Source: the human T2T-CHM13v2.0 reference genome, Homo sapiens
Strand: one strand, 5' to 3'
DNA: 64,000 nucleotides
Assembly (NCBI RefSeq): GCF_009914755.1
Contig: NC_060929.1
The notes under the pieces were generated by a model, which made no database searches, was not told the DNA's origin, and saw only the letters and a program-made list of their open reading frames with translations. Shown piece after piece: positions 30,221 to 45,100 of this stretch (the stretch's first letter is position 1; each line of letters starts with the position of its first letter). Position numbers and translations under genes: made by a program.

Positions 30221-30733
30221 ATTGTGACTTTCTGCATGATGAAAAGTTTGCAGAAAATATATCCCAGCCTCCTCACGAGACACTTAAGGATAAGTATAAC
30301 TTAAAAAGTTCACTCAGGTAGCCTATGGTAGTACCAAGATTGGCACCATAGCCTCTATCTGTCTGGTGTACTCTCTCTCTCTCTCTGAGTGTCTCTCTAC
30401 ATACCAAATGACAAATCAAAGCTTTCTAATCAGGCATTCAAGGCTGTGCATTAACCCTTCCCTAAATATATTGATGATTTAGACTCCCCGGCATAAAATT
30501 CTTAGGCTAGTTCGAATGTTTTCTACCTGGGTCTCAATGCTTCGTGGTTTACTAATTACATTTTGCTGCTAGCCATATCAATTAACTTGCAAAATGCAAA
30601 GTCCTAGATGCATATTTTTTAATTGTGGGTATATGAAAATTACTTTATTGTACCTTCATATTCGATTTGTGACTTGGTAGATGCAGACGTGTACTTTAAA
30701 ATGTTTAATTTGCCTTTGAAAATACTCACGTAA

Positions 30734-31098
<365 letters not shown>

Positions 31099-31330
31099 GC
31101 TTTATTGCTTTCTGATTGGCTTTATTTTCAACTGTCTGTTTTTTTAAGCTTTCACAATCTTATTTAAACTTAAAAGAGCTTATTACTTAAATGTTGTTGC
31201 TCATAGGTATATTTCTGAAATATACTCAATTTCTCCTTGAAGGATGCTTCCTTCATTAGCTAATAAACCATCATGTTTCTATAGTTAATTTAAACTAATT
31301 TCTTGGGCAATTTGTCTAACGACACTGCCA

Positions 31331-31648
<318 letters not shown>

Positions 31649-32669
31649 GACACTATCACTTTTGCTAACTAACTTTTAAAAATTAATCAGTCAATTATAG
31701 GCAGGTAAAAAGAATCTGATACACATATTTATATACATATGCAGCACACAAATATATCTATATCTCTATTTATAACCATATACATATACACAGCAAGAGT
31801 GAGAGAAAAAGGGAGAAAGGGATTTTAATTTTATATATACTTTTGGTTTTAGAATCTTTCAAACCATTTTGGAAGTCAAAAAAGTTTGAATAAAGGAATA
31901 TGAGAGCCATAAATTTTGAATATCTATCTTTTCTCTTACTAGACTATATGCAATCTCTTTTATTGCTGTATTTTAGTATACTTGTTTGATTAGTCATTTT
32001 GTCGTAGTGCTTATGAATTGTGTTTATTGCAACTCTTCCTGTTATATCCGTTCCCTAATACAACTCTGTTTATGCAAATGAGACCTTTCTTTGCTATATC
32101 CCGTGGGTCTACCTTGAAATGTTCTCATCCTTTATATTATAATTGTCTCTCAATAATATCATTTTTTATGTTCCAGAGGGAAAGTCACCGACTCTGAAAC
32201 TGTATTCTGGTTTGTGATTAATATTTTATTCCTTTGCCATATATCCATGAAAAAGAACTATGCAACTGTGGGAGAGTATATATATGTTATTTACTATAGC
32301 GCCCAAATTAAACATACACAGTCATAAAATATTTTGAAATTAGAAATAATATAATTATATGAGTTTTTGCTTTCTAGAGTCTCAGAACGTTTCTGGAATA
32401 ATAATTATTTTTATTACAAAAATCTATTTTATAGCTTTGCTTACAGGTTAAGCATATTTTGGAACTTGGCCATATTAGCAATTTTCCTTTCCTTTTCATC
32501 TTCAAAAAGTAGAATTAGTGAACTTTAATGATTTGCTAGCGTGCTACTGAAACATTTTGCTGTTTGCATTGCAAGAGATAAATTATATATTTGCAACAAG
32601 CTACTTAAATTGTATCATAAAATGCCTTGCTAAATCTTACATTTCTAAATGACTGTCCAGAAAATCTGC

Positions 32670-33030
32670 TCTGGTAATTTTCTATGTACCACTCGATTTC
32701 TTCTCTCTGCCCTGCAGTTGTGCCTGAAGTCTGTCATCAATGCACAGCATTATCCAAATCCCTTGCCTTCTGGCTTTCAGTGGAGAAAGGTAGTTCAGGT
32801 CCATGTTCTTCTTGCTCTCACCTGAGGAGTGAAGGTCTGGTAGCGGGAGAATTTCCCCAACTCCTTTCAGAAGCCCCCTCCCTCGGCTGCCTTTATTTTT
32901 CCAGCTGCATTAACAGCTCTTTCCCCATCCCTTTAGAATTGATATCGTAAGGGTTTCCTCTCCACAACTTCACCGTTACTAGTTCTGGCTAATTTACCAT
33001 TTCTTGTTGGTTGCATTCAATTAACCTTTA
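32670..33030. mobile_element. LTR33-like ERVL LTR remnant
   Basis: cttctctctgccctgc..tcccttgccttctggctttcag..cagctctttccccatccctttag..gttactagttctgg resembles recalled LTR33. Confidence 0.5.
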
Positions 33031-33883
33031 AAGGTGTCAGAATCATGACTGTATAAAATCGCTGTCAATTTTCTCTATTCCAATAATGGCATAAAGGATA
33101 GGATTCACAATCTCTTCCCTTGAAGTAATTTCTAGGTTAAGTAGACTGACCAGAACCATGGAAGAATTGCTGAAGATCAAGTGATTTAACCTCCATAGAC
33201 ACTTAGATCAACTAACTTCAGCAGCAGAAAAGTAATACATAGTGATACATGATTAACATTGAGTGTAAAATATTGAGATTCTTGAAAAACATAACATTAT
33301 TAAACTTATTTTTGAGAGCTCCAATTCCATTGTTCAAAATGAATCAATTATTTGTGTTAGAAGAGATAAGTCATTTCTAGTGATCTTGGCATGGCATGAT
33401 AGATGTGTGAGTGTGTGTGTGTGAGCACATATATATTCATTTAATTAATTCTTAAATATACTATTCACTATTTTGCCAAGCAATATACCTAATATATAAT
33501 GGTTTTAATTTGTATAAATTGAATATATATCTTATAGAGCATTAAAATTGGTAGTTTACCACTATATTCATTCTAAATCATTGTAGTTCAATTAGTGACA
33601 TTTATTATGTCAAATATTATAAATTTTTAATGAATAAAATTTGCTGCACTGAAATGTATTTAATAATCTAATATAGTATCAACAAACTTAGAAGAAACAT
33701 TTGAATTTGAGACTTGACTTCAATCATTTTAAAATAAATTATCTCATGACACTAGATATTTCAGTTTTCAAGGGTTTACTGTAATTTACTAATATCTTAT
33801 CAAAAGTTAATTAGCATTAGCTAATACTAGTGAAAATAAACTTTCTGTCAACATACCTTCTGTCCTGTAAATTACAAGTTCCT

Positions 33884-34178
33884 GCTGGGCACAGTGGCTC
33901 AGGTCTGTAATCCCAGCAATTCAAGAGGCTGAGACTGGTAGATTGCTTGAAGCCAAGAGTTCGAGACTACCCTGAGCAATATAGCAAGACCCATTCTGAA
34001 CAAAAACTTTTAAAAAATTAGCTGGGCGTGAAAGTATATGTCTGTGGTCCCAGCTACTAGGGAAGCTGAGGTGGGAAGATATCTTTAGTCCAGGATTTTG
34101 AGGTTATAGTGAGCTATGATTGTGCCACTGCACTCCAGCCTGGGTGACAAAGCAAAAGCCTGTCTCAAAAACAAAAAA
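33884..34178 (+). mobile_element. AluJ
   Basis: gattgcttgaagccaagagttcgag, agcaatatagcaagacc, gtgagctatgattgtgcc diagnostics; TSD aagttYctgctg. Confidence 0.92.
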
Positions 34179-35546
34179 GTTTCTGCTGTGCATAAAATAC
34201 ATTTAATATTTGTCATTCTTAAAATATTTTATTATATTGTGTCTTTAATATTCCAATTAACTAGATAATCCAAATAACATTTCTATTTATTTTTAAATAT
34301 CACATTTCAAAAAATAATTTATTAGTTATATGTTATATAAAGAGCTTCTATATTATAGATATGTAACCCTGTTACATACATATATTAAATTGTGTAAAGT
34401 ATAGGATAATATAAGGCTAAAATTATAACACCATCTTGTTGTAACATGCATTGATGAAATACGTGATATAAATAGCTTAAAGAAATGGTGGTAATTGCAA
34501 TATATGACTGCTAAGTAATTTTTACTAGGTGTAATTCTACATTAAATACAACTGTATTCTGATAATATAAAGATGCATGTTGCAATCAATACTAGATCAA
34601 TAACTAAAAATTAATACAAATAATAATGCTAAATGTTAAATGTCAATGTAATCTAAATGGTATACTAAAATGTTGGCAAAATAAAAATAAGGCAGAGAAG
34701 GAGAAATGAAGAAATAAAAGTATGAGGTGAAACAAATATAAAACAGCAAAAATCAAGATTCTTCTGTATACCCTATCAGGATATGCACTTAAAATATAAA
34801 GACATGGATCCTCTAGCTTCCCTCTATGAGGTAGGAAGCTGGAAAGAGGCTCACACTCATCTTGCCACCCATAACATTTGGAAGTGATTTGCAAGATAAT
34901 GGTTTTCCTTTAGACTATTAGAATTGAGTTTAAAGGGAAAAGATCAAGCCCAAAGTCCCAGGATACACCAAAAACTTTGTAAGAGAGGTGGGACACAAGA
35001 ATATACCCATCTGTTACAGGGTACATGAGAGAGAAATGGCCATTTAAAAAATAATAATAATCTAAAGACAAAAACAGTGAATACTATTTCTCCCAGGGTA
35101 GCGATGAAGATTTGCTACTACAGAGATGGGGGGAGGTGGGGTGGGAATCCAACTATTTCCTAAAGGAAGGAAGAAAAATAATTTGAGCCCAGATCATTTA
35201 GAGATCTCTTATTATTTGAGGATAGGCAAAAATCACCAAGAAATTCCTCCTTTGAAACACAGAGCAAAGAGAAACTAAGAGAGGCTGACCAGCACAACAG
35301 AGAACATATGTAATTCCTATCATTACCAGATTAGCAAACCTTAAGTAATAAGAAATTGCATTATATGACAGAGGAAACACAAAAATTTAGAGAGAGACTC
35401 TAAGATACGGGAATACAGGGAAGGTATAAAGGTAATAGTAGAGCAAGAATATTGAGGAAACACCCACGGACAAACTAGTCCTCACTCTATGTACAAGGTA
35501 ATGTTAGAAGAATTTGAGGGTAGTTTTGTACTGAAATTAATAATAG

Positions 35547-36227
35547 TGAGAAATAAAAATAAAATTCTAAGCCTCACAACTCACTGAACAGACTCCCTTT
35601 TGGGCAAAGGAACCCCAGAGAAACCTTGAAAACTGATTTCTCAGACATAACTGGATGGGAGGTAAAACATACCTCCTTATAACCCCTTCCACACTGATAG
35701 CCACTAGGCTTTCTAACAGAAACTAGCCCTTTCAAAAGACTTTACTGATAATATCAACCAACTGACTGGCAGCTGCCCCTGACTTTTAGGGTTTCAACAA
35801 AACAACTGATCAGCATTTCTTCTTGACAAGAGATCACTGACCACAGAGTGGTTCTGGCCAGTCTATGGAGGATGCAGAGATGGTTTTCATATCCCTGTTT
35901 CACCTTTTGATGTCACAGGGCAAAATCCACACCCTTGGATTATGCTAACACCATCATTTTTTTTTCACATGGGTCCCATGGGGGAGGCATGAAGCTCAAT
36001 TGCATATGCACATGCTTCTCCTTTCAAATATTCGCGACTCCTCTTATAGCTAATTGAATATATGTTCCTGTCTTACTCCTCCCACCGTTGAATCATCTGT
36101 TTTTGGTTTCTGGCTGGAAGCTATGCTTCCCAGTCTGTTAGAAGGGCCATGTGGCAGGCTGCAGCCATTTATGAGAAATAAAACTCTTTTTTCTAAATTT
36201 ATGAACCTTGTCATTCCTTAATTGACA
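35547..36227 (+). mobile_element. MER39-like ERV1 solo LTR
   Basis: tgagaaataaaaataaaattctaagc..ggaaccccagagaaaccttgaaaactga...AATAAA...ttgaca; TG..CA ends; 4-bp TSD ATAG. Confidence 0.85.
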
Positions 36228-37301
36228 ATAGCAACAACAAGCTGAGGACCTAGATCAACTGCTGACTCAACTAACTGTGTCTCCCACAGTAACAGCATAG
36301 CAGAAGAAAAAGCATGCGTATTTCAAAGTACATATATTATTTACTACTGTTATTATCATCCTGTACACAATGTCCAGTATCTAACAAGAATTAAGAGAAA
36401 CAATAAAAAACAATGTCAAAAGACAAAAATCAACATTACAAAGTTGGTTGGATGTTGGAAATATTAGACAGTAATTTAAAAATAAAAATAAAGTGAATAG
36501 TATGTTTAAAACTCAAGTGAAAAATTGACAGCAGGAATAAAAAAGGAGAATTTCAACAGAGAGATGGAAATTGAAAAAGAACTAAATATAGACAGTAGAA
36601 ATCAAAAATACACTAAGAGAGGTGAATAATGTATTCAATGGGCTGAAGACAGCCAACAAGTGATTCAGTGTACCTGAAGACAGATTATTATAATTTACCC
36701 AAGTGAAATACAGGCAGGATAAGCAAATGAACAAGAAGAAAGCATCCAGGGATATGGCAAACTATCAAATGGCAAAACATACATGTAATTGGAAATCCAG
36801 AAGGGAAAGAGAAATATCTAATGGTGAGAATTTTCTGCAAATAATGAAATATGTCAAACCACAGATCCAAGCAGCTTAGAGAGCCATAAATATAATAAAT
36901 ACAAGGACCCTCTAAAATCAGAGATGAACACAATTTCTTGAAGGAAAAGAAAAATGTCATAATGAGAAAAAAAGATAAGCTCCAGTAAATTTTCTGTTTT
37001 TGCAAATCCGAAGCAATATATACGTCGGAAGACAATAGAGTGACATATTTAAAGAAATACAAGAAAAAAATGTCAGTCCTGTCAGTCCCATATTCTATAC
37101 TCACTAAAAATACATATGATAAAGGACAAAAAAATACTCAGACAAGCAACAATTTTAATGAATTAATGATGAGTAAAAATGTGATACAAAAAGTATTTAG
37201 TCATTATTTAAGCTGGAGCAATATGCTATTGAACAAAATTTGAATCTATATAAATAATGAATGTCTCAAAATTGTTAGAATAATTATAAATGTTAAACAA
37301 C

Positions 37302-37668
37302 TATCTTAGTCTTTTGTGGCTGCTATAATAAAATGCAATTATCTGGGTAGCTTATAAGCAACAGAAATTTAATTCACACAGTTCTGGAGCCTGGGTGGTC
37401 CAAGATTAAGATGCCAGCATTTTCTGGTTCTGATGAGAGTCACATTCCAAGTTGTAGACTGTGGTACTTCTTGCTGTTTCATCACAAGGTTGAAGGGGGC
37501 AGGGTATCTCTCAGGAGCCCCTTTTATAAAAACATTAATTCCATTTATGATGGCTTAGCCGTCATTACCTAATAGCTTTTCAAAGTACCCCTTTTGTAGC
37601 ACTATTACTTTAGTGCTTAGGATTCAACATATGAATTTTGGAGGAACAGAATCATACAGACCATAGCA
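37302..37668 (-). mobile_element. MLT1A/MSTD-like solo LTR
   Basis: tcttagtc..gctgctataataaaatg..cagttctggag..aacatatgaattttgga..cagaccatagca. Confidence 0.82.
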
Positions 37669-37716
37669 AATATCTTTATTTTTTTAATGTTAATCACTAA
37701 AAATAAATTACATCTA

Positions 37717-38015
37717 AGGTGAGGCTTTGCAAACCTTTTTATTAAAGGATGAGATAAATATGTTAGGTTTTAGTGACCACATACGGAGAAATATATATGT
37801 GTATGTATGTGCCTCGTATATGCCTCACATATATTTATATTCATTTCTCCCCTTCTCGTTCCTCTTTCTCTTCTTCCTTTTCCGGGGTGGCTCCTTCTTT
37901 TTTCTATTCTTCTTCATCCTCTTTTTTCAATTCTTTAGATATGTAAAAAATGTACTTAGCACATTGAGCATACAAAGAAAATTAGATACTGTTGAATTTG
38001 TCCCATTGATGATAG
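37717..38015. mobile_element. MER58-like hAT remnant
   Basis: gcaaacctttttattaaagga..taaatatgttaggtttt...atgtaaaaaatgtacttagc..catacaaa. Confidence 0.55.
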
Positions 38016-38449
38016 ATTGCATAGTTTATTTACACCTGTGTAAAGCAACAATCGTTGTAATGCAGGATAGTTTTACAACATACGTAACAATGTGTGGCAC
38101 AGATAGAATAAAAGATGTATAGCAGTAATTGAATATATAATTTCCTAAGATTCTGACAGTATGAGTGAAGTAGTATAATAAAAATGGAAGCTAGATTTAT
38201 TAGCCAAAAATACATACATTGTAATCCCAAAAGTATATGCTAATAATTTTTTTAAATAAGTTAAAAGAATGCAGAGAAGATAAATCAGAAAAATTACTCA
38301 GTTGACCCAACTGAAGAAAGAAAACAAAAAAAAGTACAAGAAACAAAGTGAGAATAACAAAAAGAAAATAACTATCAAGATGGACTACTTAATCAAATCA
38401 TATAAATAATGACATTAAATATAAATGACTTACAGGCAAATTTTTTTAA

Positions 38450-39155
38450 AGGAGCTTGTTACCTTGTCCTTTGCTGAAAGCTTTTAAGTATTGATTTCTT
38501 TCTTTAGTTAACAAAGGATTAGTCACGTTATATACTGTATATTGAATGAATTTTGGTCATTTATGTCTTTAACTAAAGGTATCCCTTTCAAATAGTTTCT
38601 ATATTATACTTATGGGCATAAATGACATTCTTCGTGACATTCTATTTTTCTCTCCTTCAAGGTCTGTAGGATATGTAGTAATGTGTCCCTTTATTACACA
38701 TCCTTTTGGGGGCAGCATGATAGAAATTTGTCATTTTTATTGATATTTTCAAAGAAGCAGCATTGGTTGCATTGATTTTTTTTCTTGTTCTCTTTAATTT
38801 TTTAAATTAATTTAGTCTCTTAACTTTATTGTTTCTATCATTTTCTTTGTTTGGGGCTTATTCTTTTTTTTTTTTACCTTTTCTATGGTGGTAACTTACA
38901 TTTTTGAGACAGTTTTTTTTTTAATGCAAGCATTGAGTGATATTAAATTAGCTGGTTTAGCAACAAGATTATGTACACTGTGTTTTAATTGCCATTCAGT
39001 TCGTGATACATTCTAGTTTTCCATTTAACATTCTTTTTGATGACTGAGACTTATAAGTAAGTTGTCTGATTTTTATTTACTTGAGAAATTTTCATGAATT
39101 TTTCTGATATTAAGAACTAGTTACATGTATTAATGGTAAGAGAATATACTTTGAC
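38450..39155 (-). mobile_element. Old L1M ORF2 fragment, antisense
   Basis: ttttattgatattttcaaagaagcagc..ttgattttt; atggtaagagaatatactttg. Confidence 0.6.
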
Positions 39156-39204
39156 CACCTGATACAAAATCAGAGAGACAAATGAAAACTGAAGATCATT
39201 ATTT

Positions 39205-39385
39205 CTCCTTATTTAAATATTAATTATTAAATATTATTAATATTAAAATTAATATTAATAAATTTAAATTAATAAATTAAATATTAAATACACTTATTAA
39301 TTTAAATAAATTTAAATTAATAAAATTAACTATTAAAATTATTAAATATTATTAAATATTAATGATAAATATTAAATATTAACTG
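39205..39385. repeat. Almost pure AT low-complexity tract
   Basis: (attaa/aatatt)-type repeats with only a few G/C over ~180 bp. Confidence 0.92.
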
Positions 39386-39389
39386 TTTC

Positions 39390-42185
39390 ACAAAATATCA
39401 AATGGAATCTGGCAAATGTAAAAATACTTTTGATTACGGCCAAGTTTTTATTTTTTAAATCTTAGGAAGCTATTATTTTTGGTTTTTATAATCAAAACAC
39501 ATGAAGTATTTCAGTATAAATCTTAAACATTTCTGCAAATATACATATTAAAGAGTAAAAAATATTGATGAAACAAATTAAGGTACACTTGAAATCAAGA
39601 GTTATACTGTGTTTATAATTCTAAAGATGTGAATTATTTCCAAATTTGACATAGATTCAATTTATTTTTATCAGATTTCTGTTCGGAGTTTTTGTTCAAA
39701 TATGCCAGCTAATTCTAAAATGCGTATGCAAAAGGAGAGCAACTAGACTTGTTGAAACAATTTTGAAAAAGAACAAAGTTGGATTACACACTTCACCTAA
39801 TTTTAAGCCTTATCATAAAGTGACAGTAGTCATAAGAGTGTGATGTTGGCAAAAGTTGTTTCAGTATATGACTTGAACAGAATAGAGAATTCAGAAATAG
39901 CTCCAAACATATGTAGTCAAAAGAATTTTTACAAGGTGCAAAAGCAATTCATAAAATGAGGATAATTACTTTTAACAAATCATACTGAAACAAATAGTTA
40001 TGCATATCTGCAAAAAAACCTTGACATATACCATTAATAATACATCAAAAATGTAAAGGAAAATGAATCAAAATAGATCTATCTGTTAAATGTTAAACTT
40101 TAAAATTCTAGGAAATAAACATAGAAAACCTGCACACGATGATGTATTGTGCCTTTAAAAATGAAAAACTTCTCTTCAAAATATAGGGCTAAAAATATAA
40201 AGTATAATTCACAGAAAATATAAATTTTAATCCACAGATAGGGAGATAATATTCAAAAATAAATAGATATAAAAGGATTTGTATCTATAATGTATCAAGA
40301 ACTCTCAAACTCATTAACATTTTTAAAACACTATAAAAATGCCAAACATTTGAATAGGCACTTTGTCATATGCAAGATAATTAGACATTAGTGGAAATTA
40401 AAACCACAATGAGATAGCATTAAACACCTATTAGAGTTACTTTAAAAATATAGCATCGTGTGCTGGTGTATGTGGAGCAACTGAAAATCTCATATATTAT
40501 TAATGGAAGTGAAAATGGTACAACTAGTTTGAAAAAAATACAGTTTAGCAGCTTCCTATATAAATAAAATCTTACCATATAATCCAATAATCCACATGAC
40601 ATATATACACACAGAAACAAAAAGCTTTGTTCAAAAAAACTTGCATATGATTGTTTGTGATGACTTTATTTATAAACACTCAAAACTGGAATCAATGAAA
40701 ATTGCTTTAATGGGTGTTTGAATAAACAGACAGTATAGTATCTACAACAAAATAGATCACTCTTCTGCAATAATATAGTATTTTGGAAAGAAAGAATTGA
40801 TTCACACAACAGCATGGATGAATCTTATAAAATAAGAAGAGAGTAGATGTAAAGACTACATAATGTATGATCAATTAATATGATATTCTAGAAAAGGCAA
40901 ATTTATCACTGCAGTAAATAGAATGTTCATTGGCAATCACTGGGCGAGATATATAAAATTGCCTAAAGGTTTGAGTTTGACGAAAGAACTATATAGCATG
41001 ATTATGTTGGAGGCTTTATAAATGTATACATTTATCAAAATTTCTAGGATTGCAGATAAAACAATGAACTTTACTGTTTGTAAATAATACATCAATAAAC
41101 CAAAAATAAATAGCTATACAAAATGATCTCAGGCAAGATATCAATGGGGGGGAAGATATATTATGAAAATAGTGAACAAAAACAAAAGTCAGAATGATTA
41201 TATTAATATCAAATAAACTGCACTTTAAGCCAAAGTATTATTAATAAAAAATAAGTAGGAGTATATTATATTAAAAATGAAAAACACAGGGAAAATATGT
41301 GAAAGATTGTATAGCCTTAAAAGAGAGCTTGAAATATATGCAGAAAAACTTGACAGAATTGAATATAGAAATAGAAGTTTTTAATTTTTATTTGGAGAGC
41401 TTTATTCACTTCCATCAGGAAAAAATGAGAGAAGTTTGAAACAAAATCAGTAAAGATGTTTTATTAGCCATCCTACATGATTATGCCCAATGACCTCTGC
41501 CTCCTTGTATTTGAAACCTCTTTTAATCACTTTAACTATTTTACTAGAATTTGTCTGTCTGACAAGTAGCATATGTACAAATGATAGTATGTTACTTCAA
41601 ACTGGAATCAACCCAAATGTTATTCAACTAGTGTATAATTATGAAAGACTGTAGTTTTGACATCTGTGTCTTTCCCTCTCCTCTTAAATCTTCCTCTGAG
41701 TGAAGCAAGCTGCCAAATGTTATTCAACTAGTGTATAATTATAAAAGACTGTAGTTTTGACATGTCTGTCTTTCTCTCTCTCCTCTTAAATCTCATGCTG
41801 TGGATGAAGCAAGTGGCTATACTGGATGCAACCTTACATAAAGTCACAAAAAGCAATGACAGTGACAATGTGTCAACAAGGATTTAAAAAGGAATAGAAA
41901 ATTTGAATTAACCTAGATTAATTAAATAAATTGAGTTCATACTTAGATGTCCTTATATGATAAAATATCTGAGTCCAGAGGTCTTCACTGGTGAATTTTA
42001 TCAAACATTAAGATAGAAATGATACCACATCCGTACAAACTATATAAGCCAGTAGAGAAAAGAGAAGTACTCGCTAAAGGAATTATTATTATAAAGGAAT
42101 TATTATTTTAGTAGCAAGACTAGACAAATATATTACAGGAAATGAAGACTGCTATGCAATACCACTTATAAACATATGTAACAAA
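39390..42185 (+). mobile_element. Old L1M ORF2 and 3' fragments
   Basis: ttttgaaaaagaacaaagttgga, acaaggtgcaaaagcaattc, aaattaaaaccacaatgagata, catggatgaatctt. Confidence 0.68.
41457..41850 (+). mobile_element. MLT1E/F-like LTR fragment with a 100-bp tandem duplication (41613-41712, 41713-41815)
   Basis: gcccaatgacctctgcctccttgtatt; ccaaatgttattcaactagtgtataattat..tgaagcaag repeated with period 100. Confidence 0.65.
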
Positions 42186-42187
42186 TA

Positions 42188-45100
42188 CCTGCCTTGCCCC
42201 ATTTCAGTGCTCATGCACCCCTCCACATTGTCCCCCCACTGCCACCAGAGCATGTACACAGCATGAACCATGTTGCCCCTTCCCTGATTAAACACTTGTG
42301 TTAGAATGTCCACATTGGAGTGTTGTTGCCAACACACTTGGAACACCTCAGCCCCTCCAGCAAACCAGGTGCTTAACCTGAAATGGTCAGAGAACAAAGT
42401 TGTAGGCCCGGTACTAGCCCCCCAGGGATTGAGCATGCAGCTCGGGAGCGCTGAGCTGAAACTTGGCCTTCTGAAATCATCCAGAAATAAAGGGGGTTGA
42501 CTGAACTGTCAACTCTTTTGACTCAGCTGTGTTACATTACAGTGAAACCCTCGAGGACATCAAAGAATAAAAATATTAAAACTCAATCGAAAGCCCAGAA
42601 ATTTCAAGATTAAGGAAACATCAGCCCACACAGATGAGAAAGAACCAGTGCAAGAACTATGGCAACTCAAAAAGCCAGAGTGCATTCTTAACTCCAAATG
42701 ACTACACTAGATCCCCAGCCATGGTTTTCAGCCAGGCTGAAATGGCTGAAATGATGGACATGGAATTCAGAATCTAGATAGCAATAAAGATCATCGAGAT
42801 TCAGGAGAAAGTAAAAAACTAATCCAAGAAATCTAAGGAATCCAATACAATGATAGAAGAGCTCAATAACGAAGTAACCATTTTAAGAAAGAACCAATTG
42901 ATCCAATAGAGCTGAAAAACTCACTACAACTATTTTATAATGCAATCAAAAATATTAACAGCACAATAGATCAAGCTGGGGAAAGTATCTCTGAGCTCAA
43001 GGCTGATTCTTCAAATCTACTAAGTCAGACAAGAATAAGGAGAAAAGAATAAAAAACAATGAACAGAAACTCTGAAAAACATGGGATTGTGTAAAGAGAC
43101 CAAACCTATGAATCACTGGTGTCTCTGAGAGGGAGAGCAAGCAAATAGGAAAACTTACTTGCAGATACTGTTCATGAAAATTTCCCCAACCTTGCTAGAG
43201 TGTTCATCATTCAAATTCAGAAAACTCTTGTGAAATACTGTACAAGACAACCATCCCCAAGACGTAGTCATCAGATTTTTCTTGATCATTTTGAAACAAA
43301 AAATACTAAAGGCAGCTTGAGAGAAGGGGCAGATCATGCACAGAGGAAACCCATAAGGCTACAGTGAACCTATCAGAAGAAATCTTACATGCCATAAGAC
43401 ATTGGGTGCCAATATTGAGCACTCTTAAAGAAAGAATTTCCAACAAGGAATTTCATATCCAGCCAAAGTAAGCTTCATAAGTGAAGGAGGAATACAATTC
43501 TTTTCAGACAAGCAAATTCTAAGGGAATTTGTTACCACCAGACCTGCCTTACAAGAAACCCTTAAGTGAGTGCTAAACTGGAAACAAAAGAGCATTACTG
43601 GCCACCACAAGAACACACTTAAGTACATAGACACTTAAAGCAACTACACAATCAAGGTTGCACAACAACCAGCTAAAAACATGCTGGCAGGATTAAATCC
43701 ATGCATATCAATATTAAGTTTGAATGTAAACAGGCTACTTACCCCACCTAAAAGGCACAGAGTAGAAAATTGAATAAATAAGCAAGACCCAATTGTATGC
43801 TGTCTTCAAGAGAACGATCTCCCATTCAATGACACTGATAGGCTCAAAGTAAAGTGATGGAAAAAAATCTATCAAGCAAACAGAAAATGGAAAAGAGCAG
43901 AGGTTACTATTCTAATTTAAGACAAAATAGACTTTAAACCAACAATGATTAAAAAAGACAAAGAAGGGCATTACATAATGTTAAAGTGTTCAATTCAAAG
44001 GAAGGACTTAACTATCTTATATATATATGCACCCAATACTGGAGCACCCAGATTCATAAAACGAGGTCTTAGAGACCTACAAAAACACTTAGATAATCAC
44101 ACAGTAAGAGTGGGAGACTTCAACATGCCACTGATAATATTAGATAGATCATTGAGGCAGAAAACTAGCAGATATATTTGGGACCTAAACTCAACACTTG
44201 ACCCAATGGACCTAAAAGACATCTAGAGAATGCACCAAACAACAAAATATACATTTTTCTCATCTGCACATGGCACATACTCTAAAATTGACCACAAGTT
44301 GACCATAAAACAATTCTCAACAACTTTCAAAGAAGCAAAATCATACCAGCCACAATCTTGGATTAAAGAGCGATATAAATAGAAAGCATTGCTAACATGA
44401 TCTCTCAAAACTATGCAATTACATAGAAATTAAACAACCTTCTTCTAAATGAGTTTTGGGTAAACAATGCAATTAAGGCAAAAATAATGAAATTTTTGAA
44501 ACTAATGAAAATAAAGATACAACATACCAGAATCTCTGGGACATAGCTAAAGCAGATACAATTTCATTGTTTACCCAAAACTCATTTAGGTGAAGGTTTT
44601 TTAATTTCCATGTAATTGCATAGTTTTGAGAGGCCATGTTAGTAATACTTTCTATTTATATTGCTCTGTAGTCCAAGATTGTGGCTGGTATGATTTCTGT
44701 TTTGTGAAAGTTAAGAGAAAAGCTTATAGTGCTAAACACACACATTTTCTAACTATACATTTCTTTTTATATATTTCTATAATATATATTAAATATATAT
44801 ATATATTTCTAACATGTGTATACATACATACATACAACAACCTCACATCACACCTAGAGAAACTAGAAATACAGGAGCAAGCCAACTCCAAAGCTAGCAA
44901 AACAGAAGAAAATAACCCAAAACATAGCTGAACTGAATGAAATTCAGTGAAACGAAAATTTGTTATTTGAAAGAATAAATAAGACTGATAGACTGCTAGC
45001 TAGAATAATAAGAAGAAAAAAGAGGAAAGATCCAAATAATCACAATCAGAAATGACAAAGGAGACATTACCACCAACCCCACAGTAATATAAAACAACCC

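Larger units (their letters stand above)
34380..38430 (+). mobile_element. Old L1M fragments (5' region, ORF1, inter-ORF), interrupted by LTRs and a MER
   Basis: A-rich; ORF1 motifs gagaatttcaacagagagatggaa, gtaattggaaatccagaaggga, aaaccacagatccaagcagctt. Boundaries approximate. Confidence 0.6.
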
